Part shown: positions 23,795 through 31,357 of the stretch, piece by piece
Layout: each line of letters begins with the position of its first letter
How positions within the stretch are numbered: position 1 is the first letter of the stretch
From: a virus
Lineage: Duplodnaviria > Heunggongvirae > Uroviricota > Caudoviricetes
Length of the DNA: 64,000 nt
Virus record (IMG/VR): IMGVR_UViG_3300036985_002287
Span: 30,613 to 94,612 of that record
Strand: one strand, 5' to 3'
Made by a program: the position numbers and the translations under genes
Notes under the pieces: generated by a model
Seen by the model: only the letters and a program-made list of their open reading frames with translations
The model's database searches: none
What the model was told of the DNA's origin: nothing

Positions 23795-24997
23795 TCATTT
23801 TTTCCTGTTTTGCGGTGAATGGCTATCTGCCTCATACCAAGCTGTCATACCGAACGGCGCAACCAATTTGCGACCGGGGTCTCCGTGAATAAGAAAGAGT
23901 GTATCACAGTAATCCGGGTCTCCCCAGGATCCGCATGGATATCCATCGGTCATCATAATGAATCTTTCAGGACAAATACCTTTCTCCTTCATGAATTTCC
24001 AATTACACATGAAGTCAGTCCCGCCTCCGCCCTTTATATCATACTGGTCGATATCGTCGAGCGTATCTGGCGTAAACTTTTGATAGTTATAAACCTTTGT
24101 ATCAAAAGTCCAAACTTCTAACTCAAAGTCCATGAACTGTTGCATAATACCTTTTGTTTCGGTTAGTAAATCACGCAGCATATCGTCACTCATAGAGCCG
24201 GAAGCGTCTACGCCTACAGCCGCTTTAACTTTGAAATCGTTCTTTGTAGCAGGCAGATATATGCCGCTTGCTTGCATCTTACGCGAGCAACGATCCCAGG
24301 TAAAATCTGCCTTTACCATAGACTGCAATTTCATATTAAGCACCTCTCTCCAATCCATCTGTGGCTCAACAAGATCCTTCAACAGGCGCCGAACACCTGC
24401 CGGTGTATGTCCGGCGCCTGCAGCCTTAGCCGCTTGCATAACAGCATTGCGAATTTCATCTGACAGAACACGTTGTTCTTCTTCTGTCATCGGCTCACCT
24501 TTGCCATCACCTGGTTCCAAGTGAATATCGAACTCGGGCCAATTGGAGTTAGGATCCTTAAGAAGCAGTTCATACACTTCTTCTGTACACATTCCTTTGT
24601 ACTTTTTATCGAAACATGCAGTTACCCCGGATGTTTTTGGATTAGGTAAAACACCGATGTGATGTTCGTCCAACTCGCAATTAATGACATAGTCAGCAGC
24701 AGCATTCCACATCTTTGGTTTGCGGCTACCTCGTCTGTCCATGTGGTCATATACGCAGTGTTCTACTTCGTGTCCTACCAGGAAGATGCACTCGGGTCGA
24801 TCGAGCTTGCTAATGAAGTCTCTGTTGTAATAGAAGTATCTACCGTCCGTCGCCGCGGTTTTACACCAAGGATCGTCTGTAGCATCCCTCAGAATCAGTC
24901 GTGTTGCAAGTGTTCCCCAAAATGGTTGTTGGAGAAGTAATGAGATTCGAGCCCTTGTCAATTGCTCCAATACTGCTTCGGCACTATTGTTAATCAT
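23795..24997 (-). CDS. VWA-domain protein with N-terminal HExxH metallopeptidase-like domain
   Basis: GHEVEHC (HExxH); MIDAS-like DASGSMSD; standard partner of MoxR ATPases. Confidence 0.7.
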   Translation of the reverse strand: MINNSAEAVLEQLTRARISLLLQQPFWGTLATRLILRDATDDPWCKTAATDGRYFYYNRDFISKLDRPECIFLVGHEVEHCVYDHMDRRGSRKPKMWNAAADYVINCELDEHHIGVLPNPKTSGVTACFDKKYKGMCTEEVYELLLKDPNSNWPEFDIHLEPGDGKGEPMTEEEQRVLSDEIRNAVMQAAKAAGAGHTPAGVRRLLKDLVEPQMDWREVLNMKLQSMVKADFTWDRCSRKMQASGIYLPATKNDFKVKAAVGVDASGSMSDDMLRDLLTETKGIMQQFMDFELEVWTFDTKVYNYQKFTPDTLDDIDQYDIKGGGGTDFMCNWKFMKEKGICPERFIMMTDGYPCGSWGDPDYCDTLFLIHGDPGRKLVAPFGMTAWYEADSHSPQNRKK

Positions 24998-25017
24998 TTA
25001 ATTCCTTTGTTGTATGT

Positions 25018-25046
25018 ATTATACATTTATACAGTTAAACAGTCAA
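25018..25046 (-). promoter_or_regulatory. promoter TTGACT-N17-TATAAT
   Basis: agtcaa 25041-25046; attata 25018-25023. Confidence 0.65.
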
Positions 25047-25050
25047 GTGG

Positions 25051-25072
25051 AAAAGGCCCTTGCGGGCCTTTT
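25051..25072 (-). terminator. intrinsic terminator (weak T tract)
   Basis: AAAAGGCCC-GCAA-GGGCCTTTT hairpin abutting MoxR stop. Confidence 0.5.
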
Positions 25073-26167
25073 TTAATCTTCCAGGATGTATTTACCGTAT
25101 TTTTCTTGGAATGTCTTGAACGTCTTCAGTTGCCGGTGACGAATAGGCAGGTTGTAATCACGTAGTGCAGTCTTAGCACCGAGCACAATCATTTCTGTCT
25201 GGAAATTGCTCATCATGTATGCAAAGAAGTGATCGATGCACTCATGCCATGTGTCCATATTGAACCCGTCTTCTTTTGCATTAGCCTTCGCAACCCATTC
25301 GTTCAGTGTGTAACACATAGAAATAGTCAGCGAATACATTGCGCTCAAGTCCTTAACATTAAGGGACTTTTCCTTACCCATCAGCACATCTTCCGACTTA
25401 GGCATGCGAGCCGAAATCTTTCTATGAGCACTAAACTCTGTTGCCAAGCCATCACCGACAGTGCCAGCAACCAGCGCCGTATTCATCGACTCAGGAATAT
25501 CATCGCTAATCAGTTGCGAAACGAATACCCAAGTACGCGGGGTAGCGAATGCCTTGTCCGGGCTCTTGCTGTCGAAGTTAAACAATTTTTGTTTGTGATG
25601 CGACAAGAAACCTACCACGTCTGGATGGATGCGGTTAGCGATTGCCCATTTTTGCCAATCTTCAAAGTTGGCCGCCATTTCCATGTGAACCAAACGATTA
25701 GCCAACGGACTTGGCATACGATATGTCACACCCTTGTCGCTATCCCTATTCCCTGCACAGACGATAGATACACCTTTTGGCAAGTGATATTCGCCGACGC
25801 GCCGATTAAGAATAAGCTGATATGCAGCAGCTTGAACGCTGGGCGGTGCAGCATTGATTTCGTCCAAGAAGAGAATGGCATTTGCCATATATGTGTCGGT
25901 AGGCAAGTCAGCAGGCTGTGCCCACTTCATTGTCTTTGACTCGGGATCGAAGTACGGAATACCTTTAATATCGGTAGGTTCCAATAACAGCAGACGCATA
26001 TCAATCACAGGGCGACCAGTTTCTTCACCGATCTCTGCAATCAATTCAGATTTACCAATACCAGGCGGTCCCCAAATCATTGCAGGACGACCTACCTTCA
26101 TACAACGAGTAAGAAGGGTGCGTACATCACGTGGACGTTCGACGCGGGAGGTATCAAGTGTAGCCAT
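25073..26167 (-). CDS. MoxR/AAA_5-family AAA+ ATPase
   Basis: Walker A GPPGIGKS, Walker B LFLDEINAA; 364 aa. Confidence 0.8.
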   Translation of the reverse strand: MATLDTSRVERPRDVRTLLTRCMKVGRPAMIWGPPGIGKSELIAEIGEETGRPVIDMRLLLLEPTDIKGIPYFDPESKTMKWAQPADLPTDTYMANAILFLDEINAAPPSVQAAAYQLILNRRVGEYHLPKGVSIVCAGNRDSDKGVTYRMPSPLANRLVHMEMAANFEDWQKWAIANRIHPDVVGFLSHHKQKLFNFDSKSPDKAFATPRTWVFVSQLISDDIPESMNTALVAGTVGDGLATEFSAHRKISARMPKSEDVLMGKEKSLNVKDLSAMYSLTISMCYTLNEWVAKANAKEDGFNMDTWHECIDHFFAYMMSNFQTEMIVLGAKTALRDYNLPIRHRQLKTFKTFQEKYGKYILED

Positions 26168-26207
26168 TTAAATTATTCTCCAAGGGTTAAAAAGTTGCTA
26201 TCTGTAT

Positions 26208-26236
26208 ATTATACGTTTATTGGCAGTATGTGTCAA
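26208..26236 (-). promoter_or_regulatory. perfect promoter TTGACA-N17-TATAAT
   Basis: tgtcaa 26231-26236; attata 26208-26213. Confidence 0.7.
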
Positions 26237-26240
26237 TTGG

Positions 26241-26570
26241 CTACTTTACGTGGCCTGCTAACAATTCCATAATCAATTTGCCTTCCATGTCTTCTTTGAA
26301 GGTTGGCCAAATTTGGTAGAGTCTATCTTCAGTGATAGGCACATAGCCTTTCTTGCGTTTGGAATTAACGAGCTTGTCCAACTCATACCCGGTGACGTCG
26401 GCCTTAAACTGCATAGCTTTGCCACGCGCTGCCCAAAATTTAGCACAATTCCAGCCGACACGCTTGGTCGCCCACTTGCGGGCATTGGGCGTCGGACGGT
26501 ACAAATATCCCCAGATTTTGTCATGATTATCTTCATTGCACCAGCCAATCCAGCCAAATTCAGCAGCCAT
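26241..26570 (-). CDS. hypothetical protein, possibly WGR-domain-like
   Basis: HDKIWGY...AKFWAARGKAMQFK...KLVNSKRKKGY loosely resembles the WGR pattern. Confidence 0.5.
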   Translation of the reverse strand: MAAEFGWIGWCNEDNHDKIWGYLYRPTPNARKWATKRVGWNCAKFWAARGKAMQFKADVTGYELDKLVNSKRKKGYVPITEDRLYQIWPTFKEDMEGKLIMELLAGHVK

Positions 26571-26598
26571 ATTGCACTCCTATCTATTGTATGCCTTA

Positions 26599-26627
26599 AT
26601 TATAGCACTAATAGTGGAACCTGTCAA
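26599..26627 (-). promoter_or_regulatory. perfect promoter TTGACA-N17-TATAAT
   Basis: tgtcaa 26622-26627; attata 26599-26604; AGGAG SD. Confidence 0.7.
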
Positions 26628-26634
26628 CAGGATA

Positions 26635-27099
26635 TTACACGGGCATTTTGCCGTCAATTAACCAAACATAGGTAGGATATGTTACCGTCTCTTCAATAAT
26701 GGTAGAAATAATATTCCAATTGCCGCCACCTAATCCGGCGCCAATTAAAGGGATATGTAATTCGGACACAACATCTTCTAAGAATGACACAGCATGATTG
26801 ATTTGCTCGAAGCAGGACTGTATTGCATCATAACTACAATTTCTTGTAGGCATGCCAAATCCGTCCTGCGTAATTGCATTCCATATGACAAGCTCGGCGG
26901 TAGGACAGAAAGGGTATGCAAAACCTAAATCGAGTCCTTCCTCTTCGTGGATAGTGACATAGTCGGTATACGCTCCGGGATATTTCCTCTTTACTGCTAA
27001 GGCAACACCGGAACCCATAACACCTTGTGCATTGCATCCGTGAACAATATGACCGGATGTCACATCAAGTAAATTGCCAGTTCTATAAATAAGTTTCAT
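26635..27099 (-). CDS. macro-domain protein (ADP-ribose binding/hydrolase)
   Basis: TGNLLD...HGCNAQGVMGSGVALAVKRKYP...IGAGLGGG; start at MKLIYRTG (1-nt overlap with upstream stop). Confidence 0.75.
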   Translation of the reverse strand: MKLIYRTGNLLDVTSGHIVHGCNAQGVMGSGVALAVKRKYPGAYTDYVTIHEEEGLDLGFAYPFCPTAELVIWNAITQDGFGMPTRNCSYDAIQSCFEQINHAVSFLEDVVSELHIPLIGAGLGGGNWNIISTIIEETVTYPTYVWLIDGKMPV

Positions 27100-27395
27100 T
27101 AAATCTTCCTTGTTGTATTTCGAAAATTGTTGTCCCAAACCGGATCAAGTAAAGGTTTAAATTTGGGATAGTATGCATCATGCAAATCGACGAGCGCATC
27201 TATTGCCAATACCGCATCAAATGGAAAACCTTGCCTATTTGGTCGATCAGAATATGTTAAGCTAGTTAATAACTCTCTGCCTGCCTTGTATCCCCAATGT
27301 AAACGCAATTTATTTTGTATATGCGGAAATTTTTCCAAACGCTCAATCAAATTGATTACTTCCTCGTTTTGATTCTTGTTTTGATCTTTTGTCAT
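27099..27395 (-). CDS. hypothetical protein
   Basis: 98 aa ORF. Confidence 0.5.
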   Translation of the reverse strand: MTKDQNKNQNEEVINLIERLEKFPHIQNKLRLHWGYKAGRELLTSLTYSDRPNRQGFPFDAVLAIDALVDLHDAYYPKFKPLLDPVWDNNFRNTTRKI

Positions 27396-27406
27396 ATATC
27401 ATATAT

Positions 27407-27658
27407 TTATTTCTGCTTCAATAATTTACTTATATCACGCAGTTGAACTATCTCATGTGCTGCCTCTTCCAATAGGTCTGCTATGCGATCCGGTTTGTTT
27501 TCCTGAACACTCTTTCTACCCGGAATCTGCCGGCGTATGCGGGCTCGCTCCTTCAGGCGATATACGATGTCCTGTTCCGGCGCCAGCTGTTGTTTGTCAT
27601 AGATTGACACCAGCCGTTCATTGTCGTATACTGATTCTGGGTTAATTTTCTTATTCAT
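27407..27658 (-). CDS. hypothetical protein
   Basis: 83 aa ORF. Confidence 0.5.
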   Translation of the reverse strand: MNKKINPESVYDNERLVSIYDKQQLAPEQDIVYRLKERARIRRQIPGRKSVQENKPDRIADLLEEAAHEIVQLRDISKLLKQK

Positions 27659-27848
27659 CTTCTTGTATACTTTTCAGTATGCTAATTAGTTGTGGGATTG
27701 CTTTGCGGTCCATGTGAAACACACTATTAAATGGCATTCCTTTAACCTGCATCTTCAACACAGTATCGGACGCCCACACATCAGCATACCAAGACGGTTC
27801 AAACTTTCCCTGATGTGTAGTGTCATACTGAGTGATTGTGTGTTTCAT
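27651..27848 (-). CDS. hypothetical protein
   Basis: 65 aa ORF. Confidence 0.5.
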   Translation of the reverse strand: MKHTITQYDTTHQGKFEPSWYADVWASDTVLKMQVKGMPFNSVFHMDRKAIPQLISILKSIQEDE

Positions 27849-28627
27849 TTTATATTACAAGTATTGTTTAAATTTTGCATATCGGCGCATGTATATGCTT
27901 GATAAGAATCTTTTAAAATATCCGGCATATCGATGTACTCGACTCTTGCATTATACTCCTTTGCAATTGTACGAGCAACCAACTCAAAAGATGATGCCTG
28001 CCCTGTTCCCAGATTCCATAATCCACTTTTATTAATATTCAAAAAATCCAGATGAGTTTTTATTACTTTCTGGACTTGAATAAAATCTCTCATAAAATTT
28101 TCACTATTTTTAAATAACTTAATTACACCAGTTTCCTTAGCCTGCTTTGTAAATTTAAAATGTGGGCTTGCTTGATCGCCTTTATGTTCTTCACCTTCGG
28201 GCCCATAGACATTAAAATATCTAAATCCTTGAATAATATTGCCACCGGGATGATCACGCACATATCGTTCAAATAAGTATTTACTCCATGCATACGGAGT
28301 GCGAGGATCCAATCGGGCATCTTCCTTGAATGTGCTGTTTAGTCCGTAAACGCTTGCACTACTCGAATATTGAAAATTAACTCCGTATGTTTTACAAGCA
28401 TTATACAATTGACGACTAAAATCAAAATTTTGTCTCATTACCTTTTCTATATCTCTATCAGTTGTGCTACTGATTGCACCAATATGTATAACCCAATCTT
28501 GTTCCATAACACTAGGGAGATTACTCTCGCCCCATTCATAAGTTGACACAGAATGTCCTGCAGATTCTAGTGCGGTCAACATATGACCGCCTATAAATCC
28601 TTTATAACCAGTTAATATAATATTCAC
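27845..28627 (-). CDS. NAD-dependent sugar epimerase, HldD (ADP-glyceromanno-heptose 6-epimerase)-like, short form
   Basis: ILTGYKGFIGGH Rossmann; GAISSTT...FQYSSSASVYG resembles the HldD pattern GACSSTTE...YASSAATYG. Confidence 0.6.
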   Translation of the reverse strand: MNIILTGYKGFIGGHMLTALESAGHSVSTYEWGESNLPSVMEQDWVIHIGAISSTTDRDIEKVMRQNFDFSRQLYNACKTYGVNFQYSSSASVYGLNSTFKEDARLDPRTPYAWSKYLFERYVRDHPGGNIIQGFRYFNVYGPEGEEHKGDQASPHFKFTKQAKETGVIKLFKNSENFMRDFIQVQKVIKTHLDFLNINKSGLWNLGTGQASSFELVARTIAKEYNARVEYIDMPDILKDSYQAYTCADMQNLNNTCNIK

Positions 28628-28980
28628 TTCTGGCTATCTCCCGGCATAACACGATAATTATCTTCTACACTATCCGGTGTACTAACTTCCAGAATAGTGC
28701 CTGCTTCAAGACAGATAACTTGATGCGGAGATAGTGGTGGATTATGGTGTATCATCCCTGCTTCTAAAGTACATTCAAATATCTGTGCATTACTTGTCTG
28801 AATATATCTGACTAAGAACTTGCCACTCATGATACGCCATGTTTCTTCTTTAACTGAATGAAAGTGCATACTGAATCTAGAATCTTTATCGAAATGCATT
28901 AGTTTACTACAATATTTGTCATTAGATATCCAAATTTCTTCCGATCCCCAACCTTTTTTTACTCGGCCATTTAATCTCAT
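28624..28980 (-). CDS. cupin-fold protein (sugar isomerase/epimerase-like)
   Basis: WGSEEIW...MHFHSVKEETW...G pattern of small cupins; ATGA-coupled to the epimerase. Confidence 0.5.
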   Translation of the reverse strand: MRLNGRVKKGWGSEEIWISNDKYCSKLMHFDKDSRFSMHFHSVKEETWRIMSGKFLVRYIQTSNAQIFECTLEAGMIHHNPPLSPHQVICLEAGTILEVSTPDSVEDNYRVMPGDSQK

Positions 28981-29186
28981 ATATTACCTCTTCCTATTCT
29001 GCTGTAACCTAACTCACTCATTGTGTCACGCCGACCTTCTCGCTTGTCGTTTTCGTATTGTTGAATGACAAGCATGGCAAACTTTTCCAATTCTGATTCA
29101 CTAAAATTCCAGGGCTGTTTATGGTACTTTTCATAATCTCTTTGCCCGCCGGCCTTAAGAGTAAGTTGTCGAATTCGTTCATTCAT
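28977..29186 (-). CDS. MNE-paralog family member (divergent)
   Basis: MNERIRQLTLKAGG...KFAMLVIQQ; ATGAATGA junction with upstream paralog. Confidence 0.5.
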   Translation of the reverse strand: MNERIRQLTLKAGGQRDYEKYHKQPWNFSESELEKFAMLVIQQYENDKREGRRDTMSELGYSRIGRGNI

Positions 29187-29397
29187 CACTAACTCCAAAA
29201 TGTTCTAAAATAGAAGGCCGGACTAATCTTGCCTCACCGTGTGTCGCTGCATGATTACCAATGTCAGCACACTCCTGCACGATAAGTTCGGCAAACTTAC
29301 CAAGTTGGATCATGGCGAACTGATTGTCACCTTCTTGTGTGTGCTTGTCTGCATACGCATAGGCTTGCTTTTGCAGGGCTAAAAGTCGTTCATTCAT
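29179..29397 (-). CDS. MNE / FAELIVRE / HFGV paralog
   Basis: MNERLLALQKQ...FAELIVQECA...EHFGVSDE. Confidence 0.55.
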   Translation of the reverse strand: MNERLLALQKQAYAYADKHTQEGDNQFAMIQLGKFAELIVQECADIGNHAATHGEARLVRPSILEHFGVSDE

Positions 29398-29600
29398 TCT
29401 TCAACTCCGAAATGTTTAAACATCGCAACTACCCCTTCATGATCGTGCCCGCAAAACTCACCACATTCCCGAACAATCAACTCGGCGAACTTTTTCATCA
29501 CAGTAGAGTCCAGAGTATCTTTTGGATCGTACATATACACAGCATCACCCCACACGGCAATACCAGCCTGTTCAGCAAGTAGTCGAATTCGTTCGTTCAT
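29394..29600 (-). CDS. MNE / FAELIVRE / HFGVEE paralog
   Basis: MNERIRLLAEQAGI...FAELIVRECG...KHFGVEE. Confidence 0.55.
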   Translation of the reverse strand: MNERIRLLAEQAGIAVWGDAVYMYDPKDTLDSTVMKKFAELIVRECGEFCGHDHEGVVAMFKHFGVEE

Positions 29601-29770
29601 TCTTCTACTCCAAAGTGTTGTTTAATCACCAACTTATATTCAAGCGCCCGTGGATCAATTGGCGGCTCTACTTTTTCATGAACTAGTTGGTGTCTACCTT
29701 CAGTGTTTGTTACACCAAGTAATACACCATTATGATATACTTCCCATTCGTATCTATTTTCGTCAATCAT
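29597..29770 (-). CDS. 57-aa protein sharing only the HFGVEE tail
   Basis: MIDENRYEWEVYHNG...KQHFGVEE; ATGA overlaps at both ends; below track cutoff. Confidence 0.45.
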   Translation of the reverse strand: MIDENRYEWEVYHNGVLLGVTNTEGRHQLVHEKVEPPIDPRALEYKLVIKQHFGVEE

Positions 29771-29982
29771 TCTTCTACTCCAAAGTGTTCTCTTATAATC
29801 TCTGCACCAGAAATACCGTAATCATTAACACGCAGGTTTTTAACTTGTTCGGCACATTCCCGAACAATAAGTTCGGCAAACTTTTCTTGTTGTTCTACCC
29901 ACGCTTCACAATATTCTCTGCCGTGAAAATCTAAAAACTTAATATCAGCCTGCGTGGCAAGTTCTTTAATTAGTTCATTCAT
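29767..29982 (-). CDS. MNE / FAELIVRE / HFGVEE paralog
   Basis: MNELIKELATQADI...FAELIVRECA...EHFGVEE. Confidence 0.55.
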   Translation of the reverse strand: MNELIKELATQADIKFLDFHGREYCEAWVEQQEKFAELIVRECAEQVKNLRVNDYGISGAEIIREHFGVEE

Positions 29983-30193
29983 GCTTCGGCTCCAGACTAC
30001 CGCGTTCTAACCAAAGCGCAATGGCATTGTTGGATGTGTGGGATACATGTTCAATCCCTTTACTATCCACAAAAATAATGTCTTTACCGTCAAACTTTAG
30101 GTGACCATTCTCTGGTCCGATGATCATGTCATACGAATCATTGTGTGTCAGAAAACCTAACACAACGGGCCGCAGGATTGTATATTCATTCAT
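29975..30193 (-). CDS. small protein with EPKHE tail
   Basis: MNEYTIL...SLEPKHE; ATGAATGA junctions. Confidence 0.5.
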   Translation of the reverse strand: MNEYTILRPVVLGFLTHNDSYDMIIGPENGHLKFDGKDIIFVDSKGIEHVSHTSNNAIALWLERGSLEPKHE

Positions 30194-30425
30194 GCTTCGG
30201 CTCCCGAGGGTCTTTGAAATACAATTTTTGATAATCAGGTGTAGATTTACCCAATGGTTGGATCATTGGTAATGTTCCGCCCAATTCAATTACTTGCCTA
30301 CGCAACTCTGTTATTTCTTCTAAAGAAGCCAGGTATAATGTGTCCCATGGCTTACCGTAGTTCAACGCATTTTCCAATACAGGCACAATGTCCTGGTCTC
30401 TGATTTGTTTTACTTGTTCATTCAT
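30186..30425 (-). CDS. small protein with EPKHE tail
   Basis: MNEQVKQIRDQ...PREPKHE; start trimmed to the MNE ATG. Confidence 0.5.
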   Translation of the reverse strand: MNEQVKQIRDQDIVPVLENALNYGKPWDTLYLASLEEITELRRQVIELGGTLPMIQPLGKSTPDYQKLYFKDPREPKHE

Positions 30426-30624
30426 GCTTCGGCTCCACACCCTCTGGGTTTAACAGTTGAAAACAAAAATACTCCTCGCAATCGCTGCCAGGATCTCTCT
30501 TTTCTTTATGCAGGCGACACCAACCATCGCCGGTGTAGCAACCTTCAGCATCACCGTTGAAGTTATAGTAAGCACAGTGGTCACAGCAAGTGAACCCTGG
30601 AGCGCAATCAGGACATAGTTTCAT
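30418..30624 (-). CDS. Cys-rich small protein with EPKHE tail
   Basis: MKLCPDCAPGFTCCDHCAYY...GVEPKHE; N-terminal extension of track ORF displaced by 30626-30802. Confidence 0.5.
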   Translation of the reverse strand: MKLCPDCAPGFTCCDHCAYYNFNGDAEGCYTGDGWCRLHKEKRDPGSDCEEYFCFQLLNPEGVEPKHE

Positions 30625-30625
30625 T

Positions 30626-30802
30626 TCATTTCCACATTGTGGCTCCGCACTTGGTGCAATCATACGCAGTATCATTATGTCCATGACCAGCAAAACGCCA
30701 ATAGTGTTCACAGGTTCGTTGTTTCTCTTTTAAATCTACTGCTGCTTTAATCTTGGCACGATGATCCAGCACTAGTTGCTTTTCTTCTTCAGTTAGTTTC
30801 AT
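30626..30802 (-). CDS. 58-aa zinc-ribbon-like protein
   Basis: MKLTEEEKQLV...CEHYW...HGH...DCTKCGATMWK; ATGA overlap with upstream stop; below track cutoff. Confidence 0.45.
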   Translation of the reverse strand: MKLTEEEKQLVLDHRAKIKAAVDLKEKQRTCEHYWRFAGHGHNDTAYDCTKCGATMWK

Positions 30803-31275
30803 GTGTTGCCGCCAGCTTCTACAAAATTAATTTTAACACAGAATTTTTCCTTCCAGCTCCTGTAGGCGTGTTTCACAAAACCGTCCGGTCTATTTCGATA
30901 TTCGGTGCTTCTCTTGCGTTCGATATACCATTTAAACAGAAATGTCATCCCGAAGGTCGCAACAACCAGAAGAGTGATAATCATGGTTACTTCCGCCCAA
31001 GAAGAGAAGAACCAAGTACCGAGCATGAAACTGAACCAAACACCGATCAGGACGTGTGCCAGAAGAAAACCGACCAAACCTATTAAGGCAGCGGCTATTG
31101 CCAATAGCAATGCACCGCCCATAACATGCTTGGAGTATGTGCAGATATCTGCACTATCTCCGTATGTATAAAACTCACCGTCGCTATATTCGCAGACGCT
31201 GGGCACCCTGTAGTTGGCTACTTTTGTAGCAAGCAAAAAGTGCCAGCTGTTTACATTAAATGTAAGTGTTTTCAT
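30799..31275 (-). CDS. integral membrane protein
   Basis: Start at MKTLTF (AGGAAA SD; longer track start would include the promoter); three hydrophobic helices. Confidence 0.55.
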   Translation of the reverse strand: MKTLTFNVNSWHFLLATKVANYRVPSVCEYSDGEFYTYGDSADICTYSKHVMGGALLLAIAAALIGLVGFLLAHVLIGVWFSFMLGTWFFSSWAEVTMIITLLVVATFGMTFLFKWYIERKRSTEYRNRPDGFVKHAYRSWKEKFCVKINFVEAGGNT

Positions 31276-31306
31276 TTTGTTTCCTAAAAATAAAGGGGTT
31301 ACACAC

Positions 31307-31335
31307 ATTATAGCGTATAACCCCTAATATTGCAA
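31307..31335 (-). promoter_or_regulatory. promoter TTGCAA-N17-TATAAT
   Basis: ttgcaa 31330-31335; attata 31307-31312. Confidence 0.6.
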
Positions 31336-31357
31336 TAGGTGTTGCCACCTATGTTTC

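Noticed and set aside
25229-25939. 236-aa plus-strand ORF (also 25854-26171)
   Set aside because: It lies entirely antisense to the MoxR ATPase gene, which has clear Walker motifs. It is a typical long shadow ORF.
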